Of a stretch of 59,541 nt of DNA, positions 18,447 to 27,455 are shown piece after piece; the stretch's first letter is position 1, and every line of letters begins with the position of its first letter. This stretch comes from Candidatus Egerieisoma sp. (GTDB taxonomy: Bacteria; Bacillota; Clostridia; UBA1212; UBA1255): positions 1 to 59,541 of the forward strand of contig JAZNOJ010000067.1 in the NCBI GenBank assembly GCA_045580735.1, in the 5' to 3' direction. Made by a program: the position numbers and the translations under genes. The notes under the pieces are model-generated. The model had not been told where the DNA came from and searched no databases. It was given only the letters and a program-made list of their open reading frames with translations.

Positions 18447-18467
18447 AAAATTTAAACTGAAAGGAAA

Positions 18468-19259
18468 ATGAATATGACTTACAGTTATTATCCCGGATGC
18501 ACATTGAAAACAAAAGCAAAAGATTTAGATCGTTACGCCAGAGTTTCCGCCGAAGCTCTAGGCGTTACTCTTGCTGAAATAGAAGATTGGCAATGCTGCG
18601 GAGCAGTATATCCTTTAGCTTTAGACGAAATTGCTACAAAGCTGTCAGCAGTTCGTGCACTTGATAGTGCAAAGAAGGAAGGAAGAGATTTAATTACATT
18701 ATGCTCTGCTTGTCATCATGTTATAAAAAGAGTAAATAATGATATGCTTACTAATGATGACATCCGCACAAAAGTAAATAATTATTTAAAACTAGACACT
18801 GACTACGTCGGTGAAACTAATGTTATTCACTATTTAGAAATGCTCAGAGATGAGGTTGGATTTGATAAGATTAAAGAGGCAGTTACAAATCCTCTTAAAG
18901 GAAGAAAAATAGCTGCATATTATGGTTGCTTGTTACTTAGACCTGCGAAGGTAATGCAATTTGATAATCCTGAAAATCCTACAATTCTTGAGGATTTCAT
19001 TAAGGCAATTGGTGCAACACCTGTTATAACAGGATACCGTAATGAATGTTGTGGTGGGTATGTAGCATTAGAGGATAAATCAATTCCTCAAAAGCGTGCT
19101 AATATGATTCTTGAAGAAGCTATAGCTAAAGGAGCAGATACTGTTATTACAGCATGTCCTTTGTGCTTGTATAATCTTGAAGCCAATAGCACAATTACGG
19201 AAAAACCAGCCATTTGCTATTTTACAGAGTTACTTGCCGAGGCTCTCGGATTGAAATAA
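18468..19259 (+). CDS. hdrB: HdrB-like protein with two CCG domains (heterodisulfide reductase subunit B / SdhE family)
   Basis: Two C..CCG..CxxC modules: PGC...QCCGA...LCSACHH and YGC...ECCGG...ACPLCLYN. The ATG at 18474 has better RBS spacing. Confidence 0.8.
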   Translation: MNMTYSYYPGCTLKTKAKDLDRYARVSAEALGVTLAEIEDWQCCGAVYPLALDEIATKLSAVRALDSAKKEGRDLITLCSACHHVIKRVNNDMLTNDDIRTKVNNYLKLDTDYVGETNVIHYLEMLRDEVGFDKIKEAVTNPLKGRKIAAYYGCLLLRPAKVMQFDNPENPTILEDFIKAIGATPVITGYRNECCGGYVALEDKSIPQKRANMILEEAIAKGADTVITACPLCLYNLEANSTITEKPAICYFTELLAEALGLK

Positions 19260-19271
19260 GGAGGGGTATTT

Positions 19272-19664
19272 GTGACGGTTAACGAAAAAGAGCTTGCAGA
19301 GCGCATAGTTCGTATCAGCGGCGTGAATACAAAAAAATGTATGAAATGCGGAAAATGTTCCGGAACTTGTCCTTCATTTGATGAAATGGAATATCATCCA
19401 CATCAATTCGTTTCGATGGTTGAAAAGGGACAAATTAAAAAATTAATGGATTCTAAATCAATATGGACATGTCTTTCTTGTTTTGCATGTATTGAAAGAT
19501 GTCCAAGAAGTGTTGAACCTGCAAAGCTTATTGAAGCTGTTCGTCTTTGTGTAATTAGACAGCAGGGAGAGAATCATTTAAAAGCGAATGCAGTGCCTGA
19601 GAAATTAGATGAAAATATTCCTCAGCAGGCAATAGTAAGTGCATTCAGAAAATACAGTAAATAA
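19272..19664 (+). CDS. hdrC: HdrC-like 2x[4Fe-4S] ferredoxin subunit
   Basis: CMKCGKCSGTCP and CLSCFACIERCP motifs; GTG start 12 nt after the hdrB stop. Confidence 0.8.
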   Translation: MTVNEKELAERIVRISGVNTKKCMKCGKCSGTCPSFDEMEYHPHQFVSMVEKGQIKKLMDSKSIWTCLSCFACIERCPRSVEPAKLIEAVRLCVIRQQGENHLKANAVPEKLDENIPQQAIVSAFRKYSK

Positions 19665-19680
19665 CCGGTATAGATTGGAA

Positions 19681-21675
19681 GTGAATAAATTGCAAAAAAT
19701 CGGAGTATTTGTATGTTGGTGCGGCAGTAATATCGCAGGCACCGTAGATGTAGAAAGAGTAGCTCAGGCTGTAGCAAATGAGCCGGGTGTTGTTATTTCA
19801 ACAGATTATCAATATATGTGTTCTGAAGCCGGTCAGCTCAAGATTAGACAGGCAATTAAGGATTATGGACTTACAGGTATTGTAGTATGTTCATGTTCTC
19901 CTCGTATGCATGAGGCTACATTCCGCAAAACTGCACAAGCAGCAGGAATAAACCCATATATGGTTGAAATTGCTAACATTCGTGAGCAATGTTCATGGAT
20001 TCATAAGGATAAGGATGAGGGAACAGAAAAAGCAATTATTTTGGCTAAGGCGGCTATTGCTAAGCTTCAGCTTAATACACCACTCACAGCTGGTGAAAGT
20101 GCAGTAACAAAAAGAGCACTCGTTATTGGTGGTGGTATAGCTGGTATTCAGACAGCTCTTGATGTTGCTGATGCAGGATACGAGGTTGATATTGTTGAAA
20201 AATCACCAACCATCGGTGGTAAGATGGCTCAGCTTGATAAAACATTCCCAACACTTGACTGTGCGGCATGTATTTTGACACCAAAAATGGTTGATGCCTC
20301 AGCTCATGAAAAGATTAATCTCTTTACATATAGTGAGGTAGAAGCAGTTAGTGGATTTGTTGGTAATTTCAAGGTTAAAATCAGAAAAAAGGCAAGACGT
20401 GTAAAAGCAGACCTTTGTACAGGTTGCGGAGTATGCACAGAAAAATGTCCTTCAAGAAAGGCGCCTAACGAGTTTAACCAAGGCCTTAATAAAAGAGGCG
20501 CAATTTATATTCCTTTTGCACAGGCTATACCAAATGTTCCTGTTATTGACCCTGAATACTGTGTTAAATTAAAAACAGGAAAATGTGGACTTTGTGCAAG
20601 TGTTTGTCCTTCAAAGGCAATTGATTTTGAACAACAGGATGAGATAATTGAGAGAGAGTACGGTGCAATCGTTGCTGCTACTGGTTATAGACCAATATCT
20701 TTAGAGAATTTCGAAGAATTTGGATATGCTCAAAATAAAGACGTAATCACATCGCTTGAGCTCGAGCGCCTTATGAATGCTGCAGGACCTACAAAGGGTG
20801 TACTCCTTCGTCCTTCAGATAATGAACATCCACATGAAATCGTATTTGTACAGTGTGTAGGTTCAAGAGATACATCAGGCTGTGGTAAACCATATTGCTC
20901 AAAAATTTGTTGTATGTATACAGCTAAACATGCAATGATGATTCGTGATAAATATCCTGATACAAAGGTACATGTATTCTATATTGATGTTAGAACACCT
21001 GGTAAAAATTTCGATGAATTTTATCGCAGAGCTGTTGAAGAATACGGTGTAGATTATATAAAAGGTATGGTAGGTAAGGTTGTTGAAAAGGATGGCAAGC
21101 TTATTGTTCAAGGTTCAGATCTTATCGCTAATGAACAGGTTAAGATAGAAGCAGATATGGTAGTTCTGGCAACTGCAATTGAGCCTGATCCAAGTGTTAA
21201 GAATCTTGCTACAATGCTTACAGCAAGTATTGATACAAACAACTTCTTAACAGAGGCTCATGCTAAGCTTCGTCCTGTAGAGAGTCCTACAGCAGGCGTA
21301 TTCCTTTCAGGTGTATGCCAAGGTCCTAAAGACGTTCCTGAAACAGTTGCACAGGCAAGTGCAGCTGCAGCGAAGGTTATTGGCCTTTTAGCTAAAGACA
21401 AGCTCACATGTAATCCATGTGTTGCAAATTCTAATGAGCTTCTCTGTAATGGATGCTCACAGTGTGCTAATGTTTGTCCTTATGGAGCTATTGATTATAT
21501 AAATAAAGAAGTAAATGACCATGGAAAGAGAGAAGTTCGTCGCATTGCACAGGTTAATGAAGCAGTGTGTCAGGGCTGTGGTGCTTGTACAGTAACATGT
21601 CCTTCAGGCGCTATGGATCTTAAGGGCTTTACAACAAGACAAATTATGGCGGAGGTTGACGCAATATGCAAATAA
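19681..21675 (+). CDS. hdrA: HdrA-like FAD-dependent iron-sulfur flavoprotein
   Basis: N-terminal KIGVFVCWCGSNI; VIGGGIAGIQTALDVADAGYEVDIVEK...TLDCAACILTPKM; four CxxCxxCxxxCP motifs. The start is uncertain: GTG 19681, TTG 19690 or ATG 19639. Confidence 0.85.
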   Translation: MNKLQKIGVFVCWCGSNIAGTVDVERVAQAVANEPGVVISTDYQYMCSEAGQLKIRQAIKDYGLTGIVVCSCSPRMHEATFRKTAQAAGINPYMVEIANIREQCSWIHKDKDEGTEKAIILAKAAIAKLQLNTPLTAGESAVTKRALVIGGGIAGIQTALDVADAGYEVDIVEKSPTIGGKMAQLDKTFPTLDCAACILTPKMVDASAHEKINLFTYSEVEAVSGFVGNFKVKIRKKARRVKADLCTGCGVCTEKCPSRKAPNEFNQGLNKRGAIYIPFAQAIPNVPVIDPEYCVKLKTGKCGLCASVCPSKAIDFEQQDEIIEREYGAIVAATGYRPISLENFEEFGYAQNKDVITSLELERLMNAAGPTKGVLLRPSDNEHPHEIVFVQCVGSRDTSGCGKPYCSKICCMYTAKHAMMIRDKYPDTKVHVFYIDVRTPGKNFDEFYRRAVEEYGVDYIKGMVGKVVEKDGKLIVQGSDLIANEQVKIEADMVVLATAIEPDPSVKNLATMLTASIDTNNFLTEAHAKLRPVESPTAGVFLSGVCQGPKDVPETVAQASAAAAKVIGLLAKDKLTCNPCVANSNELLCNGCSQCANVCPYGAIDYINKEVNDHGKREVRRIAQVNEAVCQGCGACTVTCPSGAMDLKGFTTRQIMAEVDAICK

Positions 21676-22112
21676 ATGAAAACGACAAAGAATTTAAACC
21701 GTTGATTGTTGCATTTTGCTGTAACTGGTGTAGTTACGCAGGTGCAGACCTAGCAGGCTCAAGCAGACTTTCATACCCTGCAAATGTAAAGGTAATTCGT
21801 GTTCCTTGTTCATGCCGCGTTAACCCAATGTTCATTTTACGTGCATTCCAAAGAGGTGCCGACGGAGTTATTATTGCCGGATGTCACCCTGGAGATTGCC
21901 ATTACACATCGGGTAACTATTTTGCAAGAAGAAGAATGACACTATTATTCAGTATGCTTGATTATTTAGGAATAGAAAAAGGCAGAACAAGAGTGGAATG
22001 GATTTCCGCTGCTGAGGGTGCTAAGTTCTCTGCAACAATGAACGAATTTGTAGAAACTATCCACAATTTAGGACCTAATAAGAAATTGGAGGATTTGAGA
22101 TGCAAAGAATAA
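21666..22112 (+). CDS. mvhD: MvhD/FlpD-like iron-sulfur protein (methyl-viologen-reducing hydrogenase delta subunit family)
   Basis: FCCNWCSYAGADLAG ... RVPCSCRV ... GCHPGDCHY motifs; overlaps hdrA by 10 nt. Confidence 0.85.
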   Translation: MQINENDKEFKPLIVAFCCNWCSYAGADLAGSSRLSYPANVKVIRVPCSCRVNPMFILRAFQRGADGVIIAGCHPGDCHYTSGNYFARRRMTLLFSMLDYLGIEKGRTRVEWISAAEGAKFSATMNEFVETIHNLGPNKKLEDLRCKE

Positions 22113-23098
22113 GTGAAGAAATTTTATCAAAATGCCGTAGTTTATTAGAAGACGGTACAGCTGACAGAGTAATGGGCTGGGAAAATGGTGAGTTTTATTA
22201 TGATGTAACACCTGCTGTTTTCACTAAAGATAATTTGGATAATATGATTTACGATGATTTCTGTGCATCAAACCAGAGCAAGTATTTCATTGCAGAATCC
22301 AAAAAAGAAGGAAAAATAGTAGCACTTTTAAAGCCATGTGACACATACAGCTTTAATCAGCTTTTGAAAGAAAACAGAGTCAATCGTGATAATGTATATG
22401 TTTTGGGTATTCCATGTGATGGTAAAATTGATGTTCAGAAAGCTGCTACTTTAGGCATCAAGGGAATTACCGGAGTAAAGTCTGTTGGAGACGAGGTGGT
22501 TTTTGAAACAATCTACGGAGAAAAGACTTGTGCAAAGAACGATGTTTTATTTGAAAAGTGTATGGCCTGCAAAGGAAAGAAACACGTTGTTTATGATGCG
22601 TTGACAAATGAAGATAAAGAGCCTGAAGAAGCAGTGCCAAATGACCTCTTTGGAAATCGCTTTGCATACATTGAAAATATAGAACATATGACTCCGGATG
22701 AGCGTTTTGAATTTTGGAGAAATGAGCTTTCAAGATGTATACGCTGTAACGCTTGTCGTAATGTATGTCCTGCTTGTTCATGTCTTACATGTGTGTTTGA
22801 CAATCCTAAATCAGGAGTTGACAGCAAGGCAAATACAGATGATTTTGAAGAAAATCTCTTCCATATCATCAGAGCATTCCACGTAGCAGGAAGATGTACA
22901 GACTGTGGTGAGTGTACAAGAGTTTGTCCTCAAAATATTCCGCTTCATTTACTTAATCGTAAGTTTATTAAAGATATTAACGAACTTTATGGTGAATATC
23001 AAGCAGGTGCGGATATTGAGCTTGGAATGCCACTTACATCTTATACAAAGCAAGATGCAGAGCCAAGTGTAGTTTATGAGAGAGGCGGTAATAAATGA
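22100..23098 (+). CDS. 4Fe-4S dicluster protein (polyferredoxin-like electron-transfer subunit)
   Basis: CIRCNACRNVCPACSC and CTDCGECTRVCP motifs; overlaps mvhD by 13 nt. Confidence 0.7.
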   Translation: MQRISEEILSKCRSLLEDGTADRVMGWENGEFYYDVTPAVFTKDNLDNMIYDDFCASNQSKYFIAESKKEGKIVALLKPCDTYSFNQLLKENRVNRDNVYVLGIPCDGKIDVQKAATLGIKGITGVKSVGDEVVFETIYGEKTCAKNDVLFEKCMACKGKKHVVYDALTNEDKEPEEAVPNDLFGNRFAYIENIEHMTPDERFEFWRNELSRCIRCNACRNVCPACSCLTCVFDNPKSGVDSKANTDDFEENLFHIIRAFHVAGRCTDCGECTRVCPQNIPLHLLNRKFIKDINELYGEYQAGADIELGMPLTSYTKQDAEPSVVYERGGNK

Positions 23099-24147
23099 TG
23101 TATAAAATAGCTAAAGACCGTTTACCTGAATTATATGCTGCTGTTTCTGCTGTTAAGAACATCTATCTTCCTATTGAAAATGCAAATCAATGCCTTTTTG
23201 AAAAATACGAAGATGGTTGCAATGTAAATATTGATTGTCTTAAGACAGTAAAATCAGCAAAGGAATTATTCTTCCCACAGAGTGAAAATCTTATTTCATT
23301 TAAAGTAAGTGGTAAGGATATAGATATTATAGAAGACAGAGATCCTGCTGAGCCCTTTGTAATCTTCGGCGTTCGTGCTTGTGATGCCAAGAGCTTTAGC
23401 ATTTTGGATACTGTATTTTTAAGTGAACCCGTTGACACATTCTATAAAAGAAGAAGAGAAAACGGTGTAATCGTAACAATGGCTTGTAACGAACCTGAAG
23501 AAACATGTTTCTGTGGTGCATTCGGTGTAGACGCAGCTAATCCAGTAGGTGGAGACGTTACAACATGGCTTTCGGGAGATACACTTTACTGGAAGGCTGA
23601 GACAGCAAAGGGTGAGGAGCTTACAGAGTTCTTAAGTGGAATTCTTGTTTCTGCTGACGACAGTGACGAAAAGAAGGTTGAGGAAACTAAGGCTGCCATT
23701 GCAGAAATACTTGCAAAGCTTCCTTTGAAGGATTTAGACCTTTCTTACTTTAGTGGTGAGAATTTAACAACAAAGCTAAATGATGTATTTTATGCTGAAC
23801 AATGGCAGGAATTGTACAAGGCTTGTCTCGGTTGCGGAACTTGTACATTTGTATGTCCTACTTGTCAATGCTATGATATTAGAGATTTTGACACAGGTCA
23901 TGGTATAAAGAGATTTCGTTGCTGGGATTCATGTATGTTCTCTGATTTTACAAAGTGTGCACACGGAAACCCACGTACAAGTCAGCTTGAGCGCTTCCGT
24001 CAAAGATTTATGCACAAATTAGTTTATTATCCTGCAAATAATGGAGGAGAATATTCATGTGTAGGCTGCGGAAGATGCTTATCAAAGTGTCCTGTATCAT
24101 TGAATATTGTAAAAGTAATTAAATCCTTTGGAGGTGAATCGAAATGA
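23095..24147 (+). CDS. 4Fe-4S dicluster protein resembling anaerobic sulfite reductase subunit A / sulfhydrogenase beta subunit
   Basis: CLGCGTCTFVCPTCQCYD ... CVGCGRCLSKCP; ATGA start/stop overlap with the upstream gene. Confidence 0.7.
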   Translation: MMYKIAKDRLPELYAAVSAVKNIYLPIENANQCLFEKYEDGCNVNIDCLKTVKSAKELFFPQSENLISFKVSGKDIDIIEDRDPAEPFVIFGVRACDAKSFSILDTVFLSEPVDTFYKRRRENGVIVTMACNEPEETCFCGAFGVDAANPVGGDVTTWLSGDTLYWKAETAKGEELTEFLSGILVSADDSDEKKVEETKAAIAEILAKLPLKDLDLSYFSGENLTTKLNDVFYAEQWQELYKACLGCGTCTFVCPTCQCYDIRDFDTGHGIKRFRCWDSCMFSDFTKCAHGNPRTSQLERFRQRFMHKLVYYPANNGGEYSCVGCGRCLSKCPVSLNIVKVIKSFGGESK

Positions 24148-24971
24148 ATCCTGATGTATTAATACCTCAGCTCGGAGTAGTAACTGACATTCGTCAAGAT
24201 ACTCCCGACGTAAAAACATTTCGCGTAAATGCTCCCGGTGGTGGTAAATGCTTTGAGCATATGCCTGGTCAATGTGCAATGCTTTCTATACCAGGAGTTG
24301 GTGAAGCAATGTTTTCAATAACATCTTCTCCTACAAATAAAGAATTCATGGAATTTAGTATCAAGCGTTGCGGACAGCTTACAGAGTGGCTTCATCAGAT
24401 GGAGGTAGGTCAGACTGTTACAATCCGTGGACCATATGGACGTAACTTCCCAGTAGAAGATGAGCTTAAGGGTAAGGATCTTCTTTTCATAGCAGGTGGT
24501 ATCGGTCTTGCACCTCTTCGTAGTGTAATTGATTACTGTCTTGCTAACAGAGCAAATTACGGAAAAATTGACATCGTATATGGCTCACGTTCGGCTGATG
24601 ATTTGGTTGATTACGATCAAATCTGCAATGATTGGATGAATGCTGAAAATGTTAATGTTCACCTTACAATCGATAGACCTCAAGAAGGTTGGGATGGTCA
24701 CGTAGGATTCGTTCCTGCATATGTTAAGGAATTGAATTTTGATACAAATAAGACAGCTCTTCTCTGTGGACCACCGATAATGATTAAATTTACTTTGGCA
24801 TCACTCCAAGAGATGGGTTATGACAAAACTCAAGTTTATACAACAATGGAGCTTCGTATGAAGTGTGGCATTGGTAAATGTGGCAGATGTAATATCGGTT
24901 CTAAATATGTTTGCAAAGACGGACCTGTTTTCCGTTGCGATCAGTTAGACGAACTACCTAATGAATATTAA
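24144..24971 (+). CDS. FAD/NAD(P)-binding oxidoreductase with C-terminal [2Fe-2S] (AsrB / sulfhydrogenase gamma / PyrK family)
   Basis: LLFIAGGIGLAPLRS dinucleotide motif and CGIGKCGRCNIGSKYVCKDGPVF cluster motif; ATGA overlap with the upstream gene. Confidence 0.8.
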   Translation: MNPDVLIPQLGVVTDIRQDTPDVKTFRVNAPGGGKCFEHMPGQCAMLSIPGVGEAMFSITSSPTNKEFMEFSIKRCGQLTEWLHQMEVGQTVTIRGPYGRNFPVEDELKGKDLLFIAGGIGLAPLRSVIDYCLANRANYGKIDIVYGSRSADDLVDYDQICNDWMNAENVNVHLTIDRPQEGWDGHVGFVPAYVKELNFDTNKTALLCGPPIMIKFTLASLQEMGYDKTQVYTTMELRMKCGIGKCGRCNIGSKYVCKDGPVFRCDQLDELPNEY

Positions 24972-24986
24972 TTATTTTTACAGAAA

Positions 24987-25676
24987 GTGAAGGCAAAAGA
25001 TATGGAAAATATGGTAAATGTATTTATAATGGGCAAAAAATATTCCGTACCGTCAGAGCTTACAATTATGGACGCTATGGAATATGCCGGATATCAGCTT
25101 ATTCGCGGATGCGGATGCCGTAACGGTTTCTGCGGCGCTTGTGCTTCAGTTTACAGAATAAAAGGCGATCCTGAACTTAAGGTATGTCTTGCATGTCAAA
25201 CTAAGGTAGAAGAGAATATGTACGTAGCACAAATTCCTTTCTTCCCAGTTGTTAAGCAAACTTATGATATAAATGAGGTTCGTCCTAATGAGAGCATCAT
25301 GATGCAGCTTTATCCAGAAATTTATAGCTGTATAGGATGTAACGCTTGTACAAAGAGCTGTACACAGAGCCTTAATACAATGCAGTATATCGCATATGCA
25401 CAAAGAGGTGAGTATGCTAAATGTGCAGAAGAATCATTTGACTGCGTAATGTGTGGAATTTGTTCATCACGTTGTCCTGCTCAAATCTCACACCCACAGG
25501 TAGCTCTTTTAGCAAGAAGACTTACAGGTAAATATATAGCACCTAAGGCAGATCATCTCGAAAAGAGAACAGCAGAAATTGATAACGGTGACTTTGAAGC
25601 TGCAATGAAGGAGCTTATGGCAAAACCAATTGATGAGCTCAAAGATATGTATAATCATAGAGATATAGAAAAATAA
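24987..25676 (+). CDS. Succinate dehydrogenase/fumarate reductase iron-sulfur subunit-like protein
   Basis: N-terminal [2Fe-2S] pattern CGCRNGFCGAC...C, then CIGCNACTKSC and CVMCGICSSRCP. The start is GTG 24987 or ATG 25002. Confidence 0.7.
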   Translation: MKAKDMENMVNVFIMGKKYSVPSELTIMDAMEYAGYQLIRGCGCRNGFCGACASVYRIKGDPELKVCLACQTKVEENMYVAQIPFFPVVKQTYDINEVRPNESIMMQLYPEIYSCIGCNACTKSCTQSLNTMQYIAYAQRGEYAKCAEESFDCVMCGICSSRCPAQISHPQVALLARRLTGKYIAPKADHLEKRTAEIDNGDFEAAMKELMAKPIDELKDMYNHRDIEK

Positions 25677-25689
25677 GGAGGACGGAACA

Positions 25690-27318
25690 ATGAGCGACGC
25701 ATTTTACACACAAGAGATGCTGGATTCAATTAAAAAGGTAGAAGCTAGCCGTGCTTCACGTATCGGCTTTGAACCCAGAAGAATGACAGCAGAGGAAAAG
25801 GATGCTTTACTTGCTAAATTCCATCCTGATTACAAGAAAGAAAACTTTGCAACACTTGCAATGGGACCAAATAAAGGAGAACAGGTTCCTACAGAATTGG
25901 CTGCACTTTTACAAGCACACAGCCGTATTAATCCTGCAGATATTGATCTTACACAAGTAGATTATGATGTAGATGTTCTTATTATTGGTGGTGGCGGCGC
26001 AGGTTCTGCAGCAGCAGTTATGGCACATGAAAATGGCGCAAATGTTATGGTTGTAACAAAGCTTCGTCACGGCGATGCTAACACAATGATGGCAGAGGGC
26101 GGAATTCAGGCTGCTGATAAAGAAAACGACTCACCAATGACTCACTATGTTGATGCTTTAGGAGGCGGACACTTCAAGAATGTACCTGAACTTTTATATA
26201 AGCTCGTTACAGACGGCCCTGGAGCTGTAAAATGGCTCAATGAATTGGGTGTAATGTTCGATAAAGAAGAAGACGGTACAATGGTAACAACACACGGCGG
26301 CGGAACTTCAAGAAAGAGAATGCATGCTGCAAAAGACTACTCAGGTGCTGAAATCATGAGAGTTCTTCGTGATGAAGTTATTAACAGAAAGATTCCGGTT
26401 GTTGATTATACAGCTGCAGTTGAGCTTATTCTTGATGAAAATGGCAAGGCAGCAGGTGCTGTACTTATGAACATGGAAACAAAAGAAATTCTCATCGCAA
26501 GAGCTAAAACAGTTGTTATAGCTACAGGTGGTGCCGGAAGACTTCACTATCAAGGCTTCCCAACATCTAACCACTACGGTGCTACAGCAGACGGACTTGT
26601 TCTTGCTTACCGTGTAGGCGCTCCACTTTTATATGCGTATACACTTCAATACCATCCTACAGGTGTTGCTTTCCCAGCACAGATTTTCGGTGCATTGGTT
26701 ACTGAAAAAGTTCGTTCATTAGGTGCAATGCTTATTAACGTCGAAGGCGAAGCATTTATGCATCCGTTAGAAACACGTGACGTATCAGCTGCTTCAATTA
26801 TTCGTGAATGCAGCGAAAGAGGAAAAGGTGTTCCTACTCCTGATGGTTACGGAATTTGGCTCGATACTCCAATGATTGAAGAAATTCATGGAAAGGGTGC
26901 TATTGAAAAGAGAATTCCTGCTATGCTCCGTATGTTTATGAAGTATGGCTACGATATGAGAGAGAAACCAATTCTTATCTATCCTACACTTCACTATCAA
27001 AACGGTGGTATTAAAATTTCTGCTGATGGTCAGTCAGAAGTTGAAAACCTCTTCGTTGCAGGTGAGGCAGTTGGAGGAATCCATGGTGAAAACAGACTTA
27101 TGGGTAACTCATTACTCGATATCATTGTATTTGGTCGTAACGCTGGTGTTCATGCAGCTGCAAAGGCTAAGACAATAGATGAGGTAGGAAAGCTTACGCT
27201 TGATCACGTTGCTAAATTTGACAAAGAGCTTGCTGATGCTGGTATCGTTACAGATAATGTTTCACCACAGCTTCTCCCAAGATATACTCATGGCAACCCC
27301 AAGTATGAGGCAAAATAA
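25690..27318 (+). CDS. Fumarate reductase/succinate dehydrogenase flavoprotein-like subunit (FAD_binding_2 family)
   Basis: DVLIIGGGGAGSAAA, YHPTG, LHYQNGGI and GEAVGGIHGENRLMGNSLLD motifs; GGAGGA RBS. Confidence 0.8.
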   Translation: MSDAFYTQEMLDSIKKVEASRASRIGFEPRRMTAEEKDALLAKFHPDYKKENFATLAMGPNKGEQVPTELAALLQAHSRINPADIDLTQVDYDVDVLIIGGGGAGSAAAVMAHENGANVMVVTKLRHGDANTMMAEGGIQAADKENDSPMTHYVDALGGGHFKNVPELLYKLVTDGPGAVKWLNELGVMFDKEEDGTMVTTHGGGTSRKRMHAAKDYSGAEIMRVLRDEVINRKIPVVDYTAAVELILDENGKAAGAVLMNMETKEILIARAKTVVIATGGAGRLHYQGFPTSNHYGATADGLVLAYRVGAPLLYAYTLQYHPTGVAFPAQIFGALVTEKVRSLGAMLINVEGEAFMHPLETRDVSAASIIRECSERGKGVPTPDGYGIWLDTPMIEEIHGKGAIEKRIPAMLRMFMKYGYDMREKPILIYPTLHYQNGGIKISADGQSEVENLFVAGEAVGGIHGENRLMGNSLLDIIVFGRNAGVHAAAKAKTIDEVGKLTLDHVAKFDKELADAGIVTDNVSPQLLPRYTHGNPKYEAK

Positions 27319-27349
27319 TTAGGATTATATATATTTATTTGTTTAATTG

Positions 27350-27400
27350 CGCTATACGTATATTTTAATTACAAACAAAGTATACGTATAGCGAGTTTTT
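27350..27400 (+). terminator. Rho-independent terminator closing the Hdr/Frd unit
   Basis: 13-bp perfect stem CGCTATACGTATA (27350-27362) / TATACGTATAGCG (27381-27393), then a T5 run. Confidence 0.7.
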
Positions 27401-27455
27401 GAGTTAAAATAACTTTAATAATCTATCATAAAATGAGAAAAGAGGAAATTTAATA

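Noticed and set aside
19639-21675. Possible selenocysteine (in-frame TGA) or frameshift in HdrA or neighbouring redox genes.
   Set aside because: All nine ORFs of the cluster are uninterrupted and full-length relative to their families. The junctions are ordinary start/stop overlaps.
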